Shown here: piece by piece, positions 28,877 through 43,950 of the stretch
How positions within the stretch are numbered: the first letter of the stretch is position 1
Layout: every line of letters starts with the position of its first letter
Origin: Vampirovibrionales bacterium
Lineage (GTDB): Bacteria > Cyanobacteriota > Vampirovibrionia > Vampirovibrionales > JAJTHC01
Reading direction: 5' to 3'
Length of the DNA stretch: 64,000 nt
Assembly: GCA_046080605.1 (NCBI GenBank)
Contig: JBJTUH010000088.1
Span: forward strand, 10,028 to 74,027
Notes under the pieces: generated by a model
What the model was told of the DNA's origin: nothing
Seen by the model: only the letters and a program-made list of their open reading frames with translations
Databases searched by the model: none
Made by a program: the position numbers and the translations under genes

Positions 28877-28916
28877 CCATAAAAGCTCTTAAGAAATCTC
28901 TTAAGAGCTTTTATGG
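28877..28916. terminator. Perfect 18-bp palindromic hairpin between convergent genes (bidirectional terminator)
   Basis: CCATAAAAGCTCTTAAGA-aatc-TCTTAAGAGCTTTTATGG, with A/T runs on both flanks. Confidence 0.5.
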
Positions 28917-28961
28917 TAAATCTGCTAGGGCTTCCCGTAGGTAGGGAAAGCAGAACAATGC

Positions 28962-29204
28962 CTAACCAGCTGTTTTGGTAGCATTGAGGTCAATGTAAGA
29001 CTCAAGCTCAGCAGGCACTTCAGAAGAAAGATAAATGGCATTCACAGGACATACGGGCTGACAAGCACCACATTCAATACACTCATCAGGATTGATGTAG
29101 AGCTGGATTTCACCATCATAGTCGTAAATACAATCCACGGGACATACGCCCACGCAAGCTTTATCTTTAACATTTTCACAGGCTTTAGTAATAACGAAAG
29201 GCAT
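28962..29204 (-). CDS. 4Fe-4S ferredoxin (7Fe-type)
   Basis: MPFVITKACENVKDKACVGVCPVDCIY ... CIECGACQPVCPVNAI. Start chosen at the ATG at 29204, which has a GAGGTG SD. The track ORF extends to 29228. Confidence 0.8.
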   Translation of the reverse strand: MPFVITKACENVKDKACVGVCPVDCIYDYDGEIQLYINPDECIECGACQPVCPVNAIYLSSEVPAELESYIDLNATKTAG

Positions 29205-29442
29205 GACAAGCACCTCAATGATGGACAAAAGGAAACGTTACACAAAGACATGTCGAGCAAGACATCGCACAAAACACAATGTTCCTATAATCAGATATAG
29301 CACATCTCCTCTTCTTGTCAACCTTTCATTGTATTTTTTGTTTTTTTAATAAAAACTTCTGTATCAAGAACGAAGAGGAATATAGGGATATTTTATGAGG
29401 TTCTACCCGTTCCATTCGTTTCATATGAAAGTTGTAGGATGA

Positions 29443-30987
29443 TTGCTCATGACGCACGCTTTAGACCGTTTAATGCCCTCGATACCTTTGAGTAGAAGCA
29501 CTTACCTACATGCTTCTGCAATAGGATACTGGCTGGCAAAGTGCTGTGTTGTGTTCGGGCTTTTGGGCTTAGGTAGTCTTGGTCAGCTGGGTCATGCACA
29601 AGATAGTGCGTGTACACCACAATTTCACAAGGGATTACAAGCGTATCGGGTGAATCAGTGGGAAAAAGCTATGGAGGCCTGGGAGCCTATTTTAAGTCGT
29701 ACCCTTGAATGCGAGGAAGACCTTGGGAAGGTCATGTACTATACTGCGATGATGCTTCAAGCTCAAGGTAATTTAGAACAAGCACGTATGTTGCTTGAAC
29801 GCACGATTGAGCAGGCAGAGCCAGACTCTAATTTACAAAAAGCCGCCTCTCAGGCACTTGCACACATTACACAAACACAGATGAAAGCTTCCTCTCAAGA
29901 CGAAAAAACTATGAAGGTTGTGAGCTGGTCTCAGCAGCAACAGCACAAAGCACCCAATTACCTTCCTCATGTGTTACGTAATGGGCAAGTGACACGTTGG
30001 AATCTCCAGAAAATGCCTTTGAAGATTTTTGTGGAGTCAGGTGCCAAGATTCCTGGCTGGAAACCTGCACTGAACCAAATCCCTTTTCAGGCGGGTTCGA
30101 TTTGGACTCGTGCCTCGGGGGGTAAAATTACGTTTACGCCTGCGACGACGGCAGAGCAAGCGGATATTCATGTGAAATGGATTAACGCTTTTTCAAAAGA
30201 AACGCCTGGTAGGGTTGGAGAACAGTACTATAAACTTTTGGGACAGACGCTTGTGAGGTCAGAGGTGAGCCTTGCAACAGGCATGCAAGGTTTTAAAGGG
30301 TTTCTTCCTCCAGAGTATCTTTTGCGTATTACCACCCATGAAATGGGACATGCCTTAGGCTTACAGGGACATAGCCCTTTTTCAGAAGATCTGATGTACT
30401 GGGAAATGAATCAAGCCCAAACAGGTCGCCTTACACTGAGAGATATTAATACGCTAAGGTTACTGTATCATATGGAAGCTGACGTTGATAATAATGGTAC
30501 TGTGAGCCATAAAGAAGCGGAAGATATTTACACTCTCATTGAGCAAGCTGACAAGGCTTTACAACAAAAGCAGTACGCACAGGCTGAGGTATTGTATGAA
30601 AAGTTGTTAAAGTACAAGAACTGCCCTAATCAGCATCAAATTTGGTATAACGTTGGGGTGCTAAAGGCACAACGCCATGAGTACCAAGGTGCTATTTTGG
30701 CATGGGAAAATGCTTTAAAGGTTCAAAGCAGCTATATTCCTGCACTGTATAATTTATCTCAGATTTATTTTCTGTTGGCTCAAGAAAAGCAAGAAACACA
30801 ACCTACAAGTGTCACAACCAGTCAGCTGGAAAAAGGTCGATATTATTTAGAAATGTGTATCAAGTTTTACAAAGGACCCCAGTGGGGCGTGCAGGGCATT
30901 CCTAGTCTTGAGGATATGAAAGCTCAACTTGCAAAAGTGAATGAGATTCTTCATGAGGTGCCTGTGTCTGAGGAAACGTCTCCTTAG
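29443..30987 (+). CDS. Secreted matrixin-like zinc metalloprotease with C-terminal TPR repeats
   Basis: HEMGHALGLQGHSPFSEDLMYW is a HExxHxxGxxH zincin motif with a Met-turn. N-terminal signal/TM segment. TPR-like helical repeats at both ends. Confidence 0.5.
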   Translation: MLMTHALDRLMPSIPLSRSTYLHASAIGYWLAKCCVVFGLLGLGSLGQLGHAQDSACTPQFHKGLQAYRVNQWEKAMEAWEPILSRTLECEEDLGKVMYYTAMMLQAQGNLEQARMLLERTIEQAEPDSNLQKAASQALAHITQTQMKASSQDEKTMKVVSWSQQQQHKAPNYLPHVLRNGQVTRWNLQKMPLKIFVESGAKIPGWKPALNQIPFQAGSIWTRASGGKITFTPATTAEQADIHVKWINAFSKETPGRVGEQYYKLLGQTLVRSEVSLATGMQGFKGFLPPEYLLRITTHEMGHALGLQGHSPFSEDLMYWEMNQAQTGRLTLRDINTLRLLYHMEADVDNNGTVSHKEAEDIYTLIEQADKALQQKQYAQAEVLYEKLLKYKNCPNQHQIWYNVGVLKAQRHEYQGAILAWENALKVQSSYIPALYNLSQIYFLLAQEKQETQPTSVTTSQLEKGRYYLEMCIKFYKGPQWGVQGIPSLEDMKAQLAKVNEILHEVPVSEETSP

Positions 30988-31155
30988 CTTGGATTGAAGG
31001 TTGATCTTGATATCCTCCTTTTATATGGATTTCTTTGTACATCGCTTTATGGAAACGGGTACTGTTTCGTACTCTTATAGAGTAAGAAGAGTATGCGAAC
31101 CATAAGTAGTTTAGCGCTTGTGTGGTGTTATGTGAAAGTATTGTAGCTTTCAAAG

Positions 31156-35790
<4,635 letters not shown>

Positions 35791-35800
35791 TTATGGAGGG

Positions 35801-36370
35801 TTAGAATGGAATATCATCTTCTAGCTCTTGAAGGTCTTGCTGGAAGTATCCAAACATCCCGCCACTTTGATCTGGAGAAGGCGTTGCCTGTGCAACTGGA
35901 GCGTTTGACGTAGGCGCTGTAGCAGGGGTTGGAACCGTTGTGGGGGGAGTGACCCCTGTGTTTTGAGTTTGCGGGCTAGAGGGAGTGGTACCTGATTGCG
36001 TATAGCCCTGAGCTTGTGGCTGTACATTCACAAATCCATACTGACCGTCAGGGAACTGTCCTAAATATTGAATGGTATTGGCAACGACTTCAAGCTGTTT
36101 TGATTTACGACCATCTTGCATGGTTTGTGTATTGAACTGCAGTCTGCCTTCAATGAGAATCGACATGCCAGGCTGTAATGTGGTTGAAATGGCTTCTGCT
36201 AAACCACCCCATACTGTAATGGGGACTCTTGTGGCTTCCGTGGCACGAGGGGCACGGTCATCGAGTTCAAGATGGAAAACACTCACCGCTTTATTGTCAT
36301 TGGTATATCGTTTTTCAACCGCAGAAACTAACCTGCCCGATAATACTGTGGATGCAAGGCTCATCATCAT
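35801..36370 (-). CDS. ssb: Single-stranded DNA-binding protein
   Basis: OB-fold N-terminus. Gly/Gln/Pro-rich linker. Canonical acidic tail ...LEDDIPF. Confidence 0.85.
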   Translation of the reverse strand: MMMSLASTVLSGRLVSAVEKRYTNDNKAVSVFHLELDDRAPRATEATRVPITVWGGLAEAISTTLQPGMSILIEGRLQFNTQTMQDGRKSKQLEVVANTIQYLGQFPDGQYGFVNVQPQAQGYTQSGTTPSSPQTQNTGVTPPTTVPTPATAPTSNAPVAQATPSPDQSGGMFGYFQQDLQELEDDIPF

Positions 36371-36531
36371 GGGGAACTGTCTATACCTTTCTATTTAATG
36401 TGTTACCTCAATCGAGTAAGGATTTCCCCTCTAAAAGGTTACACTGTATACAGAGAAAACATGAGAAAAAGCTTCTGACTGTATACAGTGTAACGTATGA
36501 ATGGGGGCTTATTTAAACACCCAGCACCATG

Positions 36532-36966
36532 CTAGGCATCTTCGTCTGTATCAAGACCGTCAAATGACTCATCTTCATCACGCTCTGCAGCCAATGCAGC
36601 TTGCTGTGCAGCTCTTTCAGCAGCAGCAGCTTTCTCAGCAACACGGTCTTTTTTAGAGACAATGTTGACCCCTGCATTTTTCAGAAGGTCATAAGTTTTA
36701 GGTACTTGGCTAAGCGTAAAGCGAAGAATGGCTTCGTTAATCATGCACTGACGACGGAGTTCTTTCACTTGGGTTGCACTGAGTTGGAAAACAATGTTTA
36801 CAATCCAGCCATCAGAAGATTTTTTGATTTCAAAAGCAAGACGCTTACGTCCAATTTTTTCAACTTTAATGAACTTTCCACGGAGTTGACGCACGAGGTT
36901 TTCAATCACACGAATGGAAGCATCTACACCCTCAACTTCAACGCTAGGGCGAAAAATCACCATCAT
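36532..36966 (-). CDS. rpsF: 30S ribosomal protein S6 with an acidic C-terminal tail
   Basis: MMVIFRPSVEVEGVDASIRVIENLVRQLRGKFIKVEKIGRKRLAFEI fits S6. Start taken at the internal ATG pair (36966/36963) rather than the track start at 37038. C-terminal DEDESFDGLDTDEDA. Confidence 0.75.
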   Translation of the reverse strand: MMVIFRPSVEVEGVDASIRVIENLVRQLRGKFIKVEKIGRKRLAFEIKKSSDGWIVNIVFQLSATQVKELRRQCMINEAILRFTLSQVPKTYDLLKNAGVNIVSKKDRVAEKAAAAERAAQQAALAAERDEDESFDGLDTDEDA

Positions 36967-37248
36967 TTCATAAGGGCGACCAAAAGGAAGAACAGGAAGA
37001 GGTGCTGCAACTTGAGCGTGAGAAGATGGCATTGCCATAACGAGGGATAACTCCTAAAATATTTTTACACTATCAACATAATGCTTGAAAAATAGCCTAG
37101 TAAGACTATGCAAAAAGACGATACCCAGAGTAAACTTTTTTACTATAAGTTACGTTCACGGTACCATAACCATGCTTCTATCGCAAGCACCATGCTTCTT
37201 CAGTCTACAACCGTTTTTTGAGGACACTTTGTTTGCGATTGTTCTATT

Positions 37249-38136
37249 TTGTGCGTTGTTCAACCCGATGGATACTTTATTTGTATGCCTCATGTCATAG
37301 AACCTACGTATTTGGATGCGTGTTTACACCAAGGGAAGCTCATACGCTGGCCTGACCACATGATGCCCTTAAAAGTCTATGTGGCTCCCTTTCAGTGGTA
37401 TGAACGTGCCAAGCAACAACATGCGTGGCAATATCACCAAATGGTTTTAAATGCCTTTCAAAGCTGGAGTCAAGCGACGGAGGGTAAAATCCGCTTTCAA
37501 ACCGTGCCTAAGCTGGCAGACTCGCATGTGAATCTTGTCTGGCGGCGGGTTGATAGAAATTCACTGGGGCATTGTCAGTATGATATTCATCCTAGTGGGT
37601 TTTTATATTCGTGCGAGCTTTCCATTGGTATTTCAGACGGCTTAGTGCATCAGAAATATAATCATCAAGAAGAGGTGAAACATACGATTCTGCATGAAGT
37701 AGGACATGCTTTAGGGTTGTTGGGGCATAGTGACCATCCAGAAGACATCATGTATGTGCCTCATCGTTTTGGGGTGCATCAGCTCTCCGCACGAGATAAA
37801 GCAACGATGCATCAGCTTTATCAGTTGCCTTCAGGGCTTCATGTGCGTGAAGCGAGTGAACTTTTGGGACTCAAGCCTCCCTATCGTCTGCAAACCTTCA
37901 TTGAAAAGCGATATGACACGCAGCGTACTGCACTGCAAGCCACTCGTGTTTCTAATTTTAAAGAAGCGATGACACTGGATGAGAAAGCTTCCGTGCCTGA
38001 GGAAGACTTGGCGAAAAAGCTTGAAGAAGAGCAAGCCCTTCTGAGTCAATTAGGACAGATGTATCTTCACACCAGTGGGCTGAAACCTTCCATGCCTGTG
38101 GTTCCTGTGAAGCGTTATCCGTTTCATATTGAGTAG
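37249..38136 (+). CDS. Matrixin-like zinc metalloprotease (paralog of 29443..30987)
   Basis: HEVGHALGLLGHSDHPEDIMYV motif. The surrounding sequence parallels the 29443 protein. The true start may be downstream. Confidence 0.5.
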   Translation: MCVVQPDGYFICMPHVIEPTYLDACLHQGKLIRWPDHMMPLKVYVAPFQWYERAKQQHAWQYHQMVLNAFQSWSQATEGKIRFQTVPKLADSHVNLVWRRVDRNSLGHCQYDIHPSGFLYSCELSIGISDGLVHQKYNHQEEVKHTILHEVGHALGLLGHSDHPEDIMYVPHRFGVHQLSARDKATMHQLYQLPSGLHVREASELLGLKPPYRLQTFIEKRYDTQRTALQATRVSNFKEAMTLDEKASVPEEDLAKKLEEEQALLSQLGQMYLHTSGLKPSMPVVPVKRYPFHIE

Positions 38137-38782
38137 CTTAGGCATTGCAATGCGGGCGTTTCGCTCGTGAGAGGATAAGCTGGTTTGGTTATGGGGTGAG
38201 AGAAGTTTTTATCCCATGACACATAATTGTGTCCCACATAGGCTACTTCCTCCAAAACCTTGCAGGTGAGCGGGAAGTTGAGAGGTAATCACGGGGCGTA
38301 ATATGCCTTTTTCATTGGAAGGGACTTGAGGGTTATACCCAAAGTTAAAAGGATTCGTCGTTTTGACAAATGCGGAGGTGCTTACTTCAGAGGGAGGTGT
38401 GACGGGGCGTGGGGTAACGGGAGGGGTGGCAAATGCGTCAAGGGGTATATTCACCCTGAGTGGGGGTGTATTGGAAGCACCATGTGTGGTGTCTTCTTCC
38501 CCATAACGTTTAGGGTAAGTATAGCCTGCCTGAGAGGCAAGAAGTGTGTTTAAATGAATCATCATGGGAAAGTTTAAATACACTCTCTACAGTGGAACAA
38601 TCAGAGGGAACAGTAAAATGACATGTACTACTGAGATTAAACACATGTTTGAGGTGAAAATTGCCTTGGGTTTTGCATCGTCATGCTCTGTCTTCGGAAA
38701 GCCATGCTGAAACATGCGTATGTTTCTGTGTATAATTTGAATATGGTGGTTTGGCTCGTTACGAGCCTTCTTTTAAGTATGT

Positions 38783-40003
38783 GTGTTCTACTCTCTCCAC
38801 TCAATACATGTCGGTCTGCCTGTCATGATGACCCTTGATTCATCCTCTTCGTTTCTCAATACTTCTACACCACCTGAGAAACCCTCCATCATTATACAGC
38901 CCCATGCGTCTTCGGCGTTGCAGGGCGTTTTGTTGGGGCAACTTGTGACACAGGGACCTATCCCGTTATGGGAAAAGCGCGTTTTGCCCTGTATGCAACA
39001 GGCCATTTTAAATATCATCACCCCTGATGTGTCAAAGCTGGCAGACAGTCTGACCCATGCTTTACAGGTTCGAGGAAAGCTTTTACGTCCGTCGATGACG
39101 ATTTTGTTTACCTTGCTCTTATTAAGAGAGAATCCTGCTTATCAAGCGTTGTCTGATGAGGCATTAGTGGACAAACTTGAAGCACGGCATTGGGATACTG
39201 CTGCGATTAGTGAACTCATTCATATTGCTACTTTGCTTCATGATGACGTACTGGATCAGTCTGACCTCCGCCGTCATCAAGTGACCGTTCGTGCAAAGTG
39301 GGGTAACCATCAAGCCATTTTATCAGGGGATTACCTTCTTGCTCAAGCAAGCATTAAATTAGCTCAGGTGGGGAGTATTCCTTTAGTAGAGCGGTATTCT
39401 CATGTGCTTGCCGCCTTATGTCAAGGGGAAGTGCTTCAGTGGGATACTCAGTACAGTACGGCCTGGGACTGGGATACCTACGTGAAGAAAACCCATTATA
39501 AAACCAGTTCATTGTTTGAAGCCGCCTGTGAAGCTGCTGCTATTTTAGAAGCACCTGAGCAACGGATGGCTCTTGCCAATTTAGGACGACAGTTTGGATG
39601 GTTGTTCCAACTACGTGATGATGTTCTCGACTTAACTGCCAGTGAAGCGGAGGCAGGTAAGCCAGTGTTGGATGATTTACGTAATGGACTTGTGGGCATT
39701 CCTGTATGGATGGTATTAAGGTCAGACGATATTCCAGAGTACACCAAAGCGTCTTTGAAACAGCATATTGCACACGTGTTTCATTATGCACAAGGGAGCC
39801 ATGAGACATTCCCTCTGCTGGAGGAGTCTCTCCAGCATGTCACGGAACTGCTTGAGGTTCATGGTGCTGTGGATAGAACGCATACTTGGATGAAGGAAGA
39901 AGTTGCAAGTTTATCTGCAAACATTCATACTTTGTTCCCTCGGTCGTCGTTGTGGCGGGAGTTTTTACTTCAGTGGGTGGGGTTATTACTTCCCTTAGGG
40001 TAA
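38783..40003 (+). CDS. Polyprenyl diphosphate synthase (trans-isoprenyl synthase family)
   Basis: First Asp-rich motif LHDDVLDQSD and second LRDDVLDLTA. 406 aa including an N-terminal extension; the start is uncertain. Confidence 0.7.
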   Translation: MFYSLHSIHVGLPVMMTLDSSSSFLNTSTPPEKPSIIIQPHASSALQGVLLGQLVTQGPIPLWEKRVLPCMQQAILNIITPDVSKLADSLTHALQVRGKLLRPSMTILFTLLLLRENPAYQALSDEALVDKLEARHWDTAAISELIHIATLLHDDVLDQSDLRRHQVTVRAKWGNHQAILSGDYLLAQASIKLAQVGSIPLVERYSHVLAALCQGEVLQWDTQYSTAWDWDTYVKKTHYKTSSLFEAACEAAAILEAPEQRMALANLGRQFGWLFQLRDDVLDLTASEAEAGKPVLDDLRNGLVGIPVWMVLRSDDIPEYTKASLKQHIAHVFHYAQGSHETFPLLEESLQHVTELLEVHGAVDRTHTWMKEEVASLSANIHTLFPRSSLWREFLLQWVGLLLPLG

Positions 40004-40057
40004 CGTGTGTACTTTAGGGTTTTCACGAGGTTTAAGCTTCTGGGAGTGTCTTAACCC

Positions 40058-40097
40058 AAACCCTCCTGTTGATGGTTCATATCAACAGGAGGGTTTC
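40058..40097. terminator. Bidirectional intrinsic terminator between convergent genes
   Basis: AAA-CCCTCCTGTTGAT-ggttcat-ATCAACAGGAGGG-TTT. 13-bp perfect stem flanked by A3 and T3. Confidence 0.55.
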
Positions 40098-40125
40098 GTA
40101 TAGTGAGAGGTATTAGGTATCTTGC

Positions 40126-40947
40126 TTAGGACATCGCCGAAACTTCTTGTGTTACCAAGGCTTCAGTGTCTTCGGCTGAGGCATCAAGTGTGGAGGGTGC
40201 ATCCACTAATCCGTGCTTAATGGCGTATAAAACAGCTTGTGTACGGTCATTTACTTGAAGTTTTTGGAAAATATTATTGACGTGAGTTTTAACCGTGGTT
40301 TCTGAAATCACCAAGCGGTCAGCAACCCCTTTATAGGTGATGCCTTCTGTGAGCAATTTCAGCACCTCACGCTCACGAGACGTTAAATAGGTTAGCAGTG
40401 CCTGACGTTGTGCGTCTTGGGCAGGGTTACTGTTGAGTCTTGCATGGAATTGGTCAAAAAACTTCGCAGCTAATCCACCAGGTAGGAAAATACGCCCTGC
40501 CATGACTTCCTCAATTGCCTGCATGAGCTGCTGTGTAATACTTGTTTTTAACAAATATCCTCTAGCACCTGCTTTCATGGCTTTAAAAATAAGGTCAGGG
40601 TCATCATGACCTGTCAAGGCTAAAATTTTAATATTGGGTTTACGAATGAGCATTTGTTGAATGGTGGCAATCCCATCGAGTTCAGGCATGTGCATGTCCA
40701 TCAAAACGAGGTCAACATCCACTTGGTTTACTCGACGAATGGCTTCATTCCCATTGGCACAAAGCCCCATGATTTTATGACTCGACTTAATTTCAAGCAG
40801 TTGCTTAATGCCTGAACTATGGGCTGCCGTATCATCAACCACAAGAATACGATAGGTTTGCTCGCCTTGAAGATAATCAGCAGCACGTTTCATAGGAGGT
40901 AGCATGAGCGATAAACACCCTTTCTGAAGGATAAACCAAGAAAACAC
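40126..40947 (-). CDS. NarL/LuxR-family two-component response regulator
   Basis: REC domain (ILVVDD...DLVLMDMHMPELDG...KILALTGH) plus C-terminal LuxR HTH (LTSREREVLKLLTEGITYKGVADRLVISETTVKTHVNNIFQKL). Confidence 0.8.
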   Translation of the reverse strand: MFSWFILQKGCLSLMLPPMKRAADYLQGEQTYRILVVDDTAAHSSGIKQLLEIKSSHKIMGLCANGNEAIRRVNQVDVDLVLMDMHMPELDGIATIQQMLIRKPNIKILALTGHDDPDLIFKAMKAGARGYLLKTSITQQLMQAIEEVMAGRIFLPGGLAAKFFDQFHARLNSNPAQDAQRQALLTYLTSREREVLKLLTEGITYKGVADRLVISETTVKTHVNNIFQKLQVNDRTQAVLYAIKHGLVDAPSTLDASAEDTEALVTQEVSAMS

Positions 40948-41280
40948 ACAGGAGAGAAACTTGTAAAACGGCTCAAAAACGTTTTGCTTTTGGAAGAAAG
41001 CCTAATCTATGCGACCCACAGGAGAGCATGTGAGGTGTATACGGGTGTCGTAAGGAATGCTTGTTTTTGAATGTATATGTACATACTACGCATTTTTGAG
41101 GAGAGATACCATCAATTATTTAACGGAAGTTTTTGTACCCTTGCTTCTTTGGAAAGCTTGTAAACACTTACCCTGTCCTTGAGAGCAACCTTTTGTAAGA
41201 TGTCTATCCTCTATGTGTAGGATAAGCTTTTTTTAGGTAAAAAGACAAGCGTTTTTCAAAAAATGGCGTGTTTGCTTGCG

Positions 41281-42084
41281 TTAGCTTTTTAAGCGATGCG
41301 ATGGTGAAGGCGACTGCCATAACAGCGTTTGTAATGCTTCCAAGACTTTGGCACGATGTGACATGTCCCATGATGGTGCATGGATAGGAGCATGAGGGTG
41401 AGGATTCTGAGGGGGGAGTTCTAGGGTAATGACGGGGATATGGCGTTCCACGCCCCAGTAGGTACCAAAAGAGCCTGGTGTAGGGTAGCCTATGGAAGCC
41501 TCTAAGGGATATTGAAGCACTTCTGCCATGGTGTTTGCCCACGGCTTGGCGAGCAATGGGGGACCGTCGTAATTCACACAGTATAATGGTGCATGAAGGG
41601 TTAAGATATGGCTAGGTTTTACGAGCGTAATAAGGCGTAGAAGTCCTCTTGTTTCAGGCTCAGAGGCTGGGAAAGGACCTGGTGGGAAATGACTTTCTGT
41701 TGCCTCAGCTTGCCAATTCTGGGTGGGGTAATTGCGGTTTAAATCGGTACCCTGTGCATTGACTCGTGTGTTTTGGTGTAGCCCGTCAGGGTTGGCTTCA
41801 TGGACAAAGCCAACCCACTGCCAAGGGCAATCACCGTCTTTGCGCAGTGCCTGCTGCAGAGAAACTTCAAGTGCTTTACTTAGGTCAACCCCTTCTGGTT
41901 CGTCTCCGTGGATACCTCCAATAACAAGCAACTTCTGAGTGTTTAGCTCAGAGGGGGGTAAGCTTGAATGGGTGTCATATACCACGACCTTCAACGCTCT
42001 TTTTTGTACAGAGTATCCATAGGTTTTGGTTTGGGGTATACAATGAGAGCGCATCATGGCGTTATACCTTTTTGTGTGTGGCAC
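41281..42084 (-). CDS. M14-family zinc carboxypeptidase (succinylglutamate desuccinylase/aspartoacylase/MpaA-like)
   Basis: LVIGGIHGDEPEGV zinc-ligand motif of the AstE/AspA/MpaA family. About 267 aa. Confidence 0.5.
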   Translation of the reverse strand: MPHTKRYNAMMRSHCIPQTKTYGYSVQKRALKVVVYDTHSSLPPSELNTQKLLVIGGIHGDEPEGVDLSKALEVSLQQALRKDGDCPWQWVGFVHEANPDGLHQNTRVNAQGTDLNRNYPTQNWQAEATESHFPPGPFPASEPETRGLLRLITLVKPSHILTLHAPLYCVNYDGPPLLAKPWANTMAEVLQYPLEASIGYPTPGSFGTYWGVERHIPVITLELPPQNPHPHAPIHAPSWDMSHRAKVLEALQTLLWQSPSPSHRLKS

Positions 42085-42093
42085 ACGGACATG

Positions 42094-43377
42094 TTAAGAA
42101 GCTGAGGGTTGGTCAGTGTCTTGAATCGTCATGGCATGGTGTACCTTCTCATCGAGTGGCACGTGAGGGGCTAATGCTGAGAGAAGCAGTGTCATGACGA
42201 GGGTATCAAAAGAGATGCCTAAGGTTTCAGCTTGTGCAGGGAGGTCACTGGTTTGAGTCATACCAGGTAAGGTGTTTACTTCAAGCATGATGGGGGATTG
42301 TGTTTCAGTATCAATCATCCAATCAATCCGAGAAGCCCCCAAGCACCCAAGAGCCAAATGGCTTTTAACGCTGAGGCGTTGCAACACAAGACTAAGCTCT
42401 TGAGGGATTTCAGCAGGCAGAATAAACTCGGTGGCACCCTGTGTGTATTTTGCTTTGTAGTCATACCAGCCCTCCTTGACTCTTAGCTCTAGGGCGGGGG
42501 TTGCGAAAGGTAATCGTCCAAGGCGAGGCTCTAACACACCCACCGTCAAAGAAGCACCCTCAATGAAAGGCTCCACAAGGAGTTCGGTATCGTACTGAAA
42601 TCCTAGTTCAATGGCTTGGTACCAAGTATCAATATCATTCACGACACTCATTCCCATGCTTGAGCCTTGGGTCACGGGCTTGACAATATAGCGTTTCCAT
42701 TGCCCTGCGTCTATGGCACGCTTAATATCAAGTTTTCTTGCTTCTTCAGACTGTAATTGCCAAGTGGTTTGATGCCAAGAGGTATCGGGAAGCACAGGGA
42801 TGCCTTGGCTTCGCAAGAATTGTTTGGTGGTACGCTTATTAAGTGCCATGGCATGTGCTGCAATGGCACTTCCTGTATAAGGAATCCCCATCCATTGAAG
42901 TAATCCTTGCACGGCGCCATCTTCCCCATAAGCACCATGTAAAAGAATGAATGCTACTTCAACGTGAGCTTCTTTGAGTTGTTCTGGCAGCGTAGGATTT
43001 GCATCAATCAGTACACTGCGATGAAAGCCTAACCGATGCAATGCGTCTAAGCAATTTTGTCCTGAGCGTAATGATACCTCACGTTCACTTGATAAGCCGC
43101 CACACAGTACGCCAATGACGGTCTCAGGTGTCAGAGGGGTGTCTCGTAAGGGCTTGTAGGCAAAGGGACGTTCAGGGGTAGGGGTGGCGTGTAATGATTC
43201 ATGCCACCATTGATGAAAGGTCGTAAAAGGTGCCTTCTGTGAAGGATCCTGAGCGTGGGTGTTAGGCAATGCCATGACGGTTTTAGGGATTGAGAGGCGT
43301 GAAAGCATTGCCACCGACATAGGAGGCATGGTGACTTGAGTGTCATCCGAGGATACAGGCGTGAGTTGAATGTCCAT
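42094..43377 (-). CDS. ddl: D-alanine--D-alanine ligase with an N-terminal low-complexity extension of about 100 aa
   Basis: VIGVLCGGLSSEREVSLRSGQ, central ATP-grasp domain, and C-terminal ...IDWMIDTETQSPIMLEVNTLPGMT match Ddl. Confidence 0.75.
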   Translation of the reverse strand: MDIQLTPVSSDDTQVTMPPMSVAMLSRLSIPKTVMALPNTHAQDPSQKAPFTTFHQWWHESLHATPTPERPFAYKPLRDTPLTPETVIGVLCGGLSSEREVSLRSGQNCLDALHRLGFHRSVLIDANPTLPEQLKEAHVEVAFILLHGAYGEDGAVQGLLQWMGIPYTGSAIAAHAMALNKRTTKQFLRSQGIPVLPDTSWHQTTWQLQSEEARKLDIKRAIDAGQWKRYIVKPVTQGSSMGMSVVNDIDTWYQAIELGFQYDTELLVEPFIEGASLTVGVLEPRLGRLPFATPALELRVKEGWYDYKAKYTQGATEFILPAEIPQELSLVLQRLSVKSHLALGCLGASRIDWMIDTETQSPIMLEVNTLPGMTQTSDLPAQAETLGISFDTLVMTLLLSALAPHVPLDEKVHHAMTIQDTDQPSAS

Positions 43378-43950
43378 GTCGAGGGGCTTTCTTTAGCGAT
43401 GACGAGGTTGTAAGGGTATTTTTTGGGGTGTTGTGATGAAAAAGAGATGAAAAACTTATGTTTAGTTTAACAAGATAATCTGTTTTGTGTAAGCCCCTCT
43501 AGGACTCTTTTATCCGCTGTGTTCAGAGGAATCAGGTATGAAGCGTCTAAGGTACTATCATGTGAGGTTTGGATGAAACTTTTTAAGCTCTGAATGCTTC
43601 TAAGGACGTTTGGTGTAAAAAATACCCCCGCTTAGTGTAGGGGAAACACGGCTTGCAAACCGCTCAAACCATTGTTATAGTAGCTTCAGAGACACTTAAA
43701 GAAGGGGTTTGTTCAACAGTAACAAGCATGACCCTCTCTGGTGAAGATACTTTATATGGTGATATAAAGTGTTGGGTACTAGGGAGGGCTTATTTTTGGG
43801 AGACTACGTGAAAGAAGCGTATAAGTGTTCGGCGGTTTGGGGGACTACGTATGGTATACTGTAGCTTGAGTAGGCTGGATGCTTGATGTCTTTTGCCTGC
43901 AAGGCTTCGATGTTTTTTGTATTCACTAAGATACTTCATCTTTTTATTGG

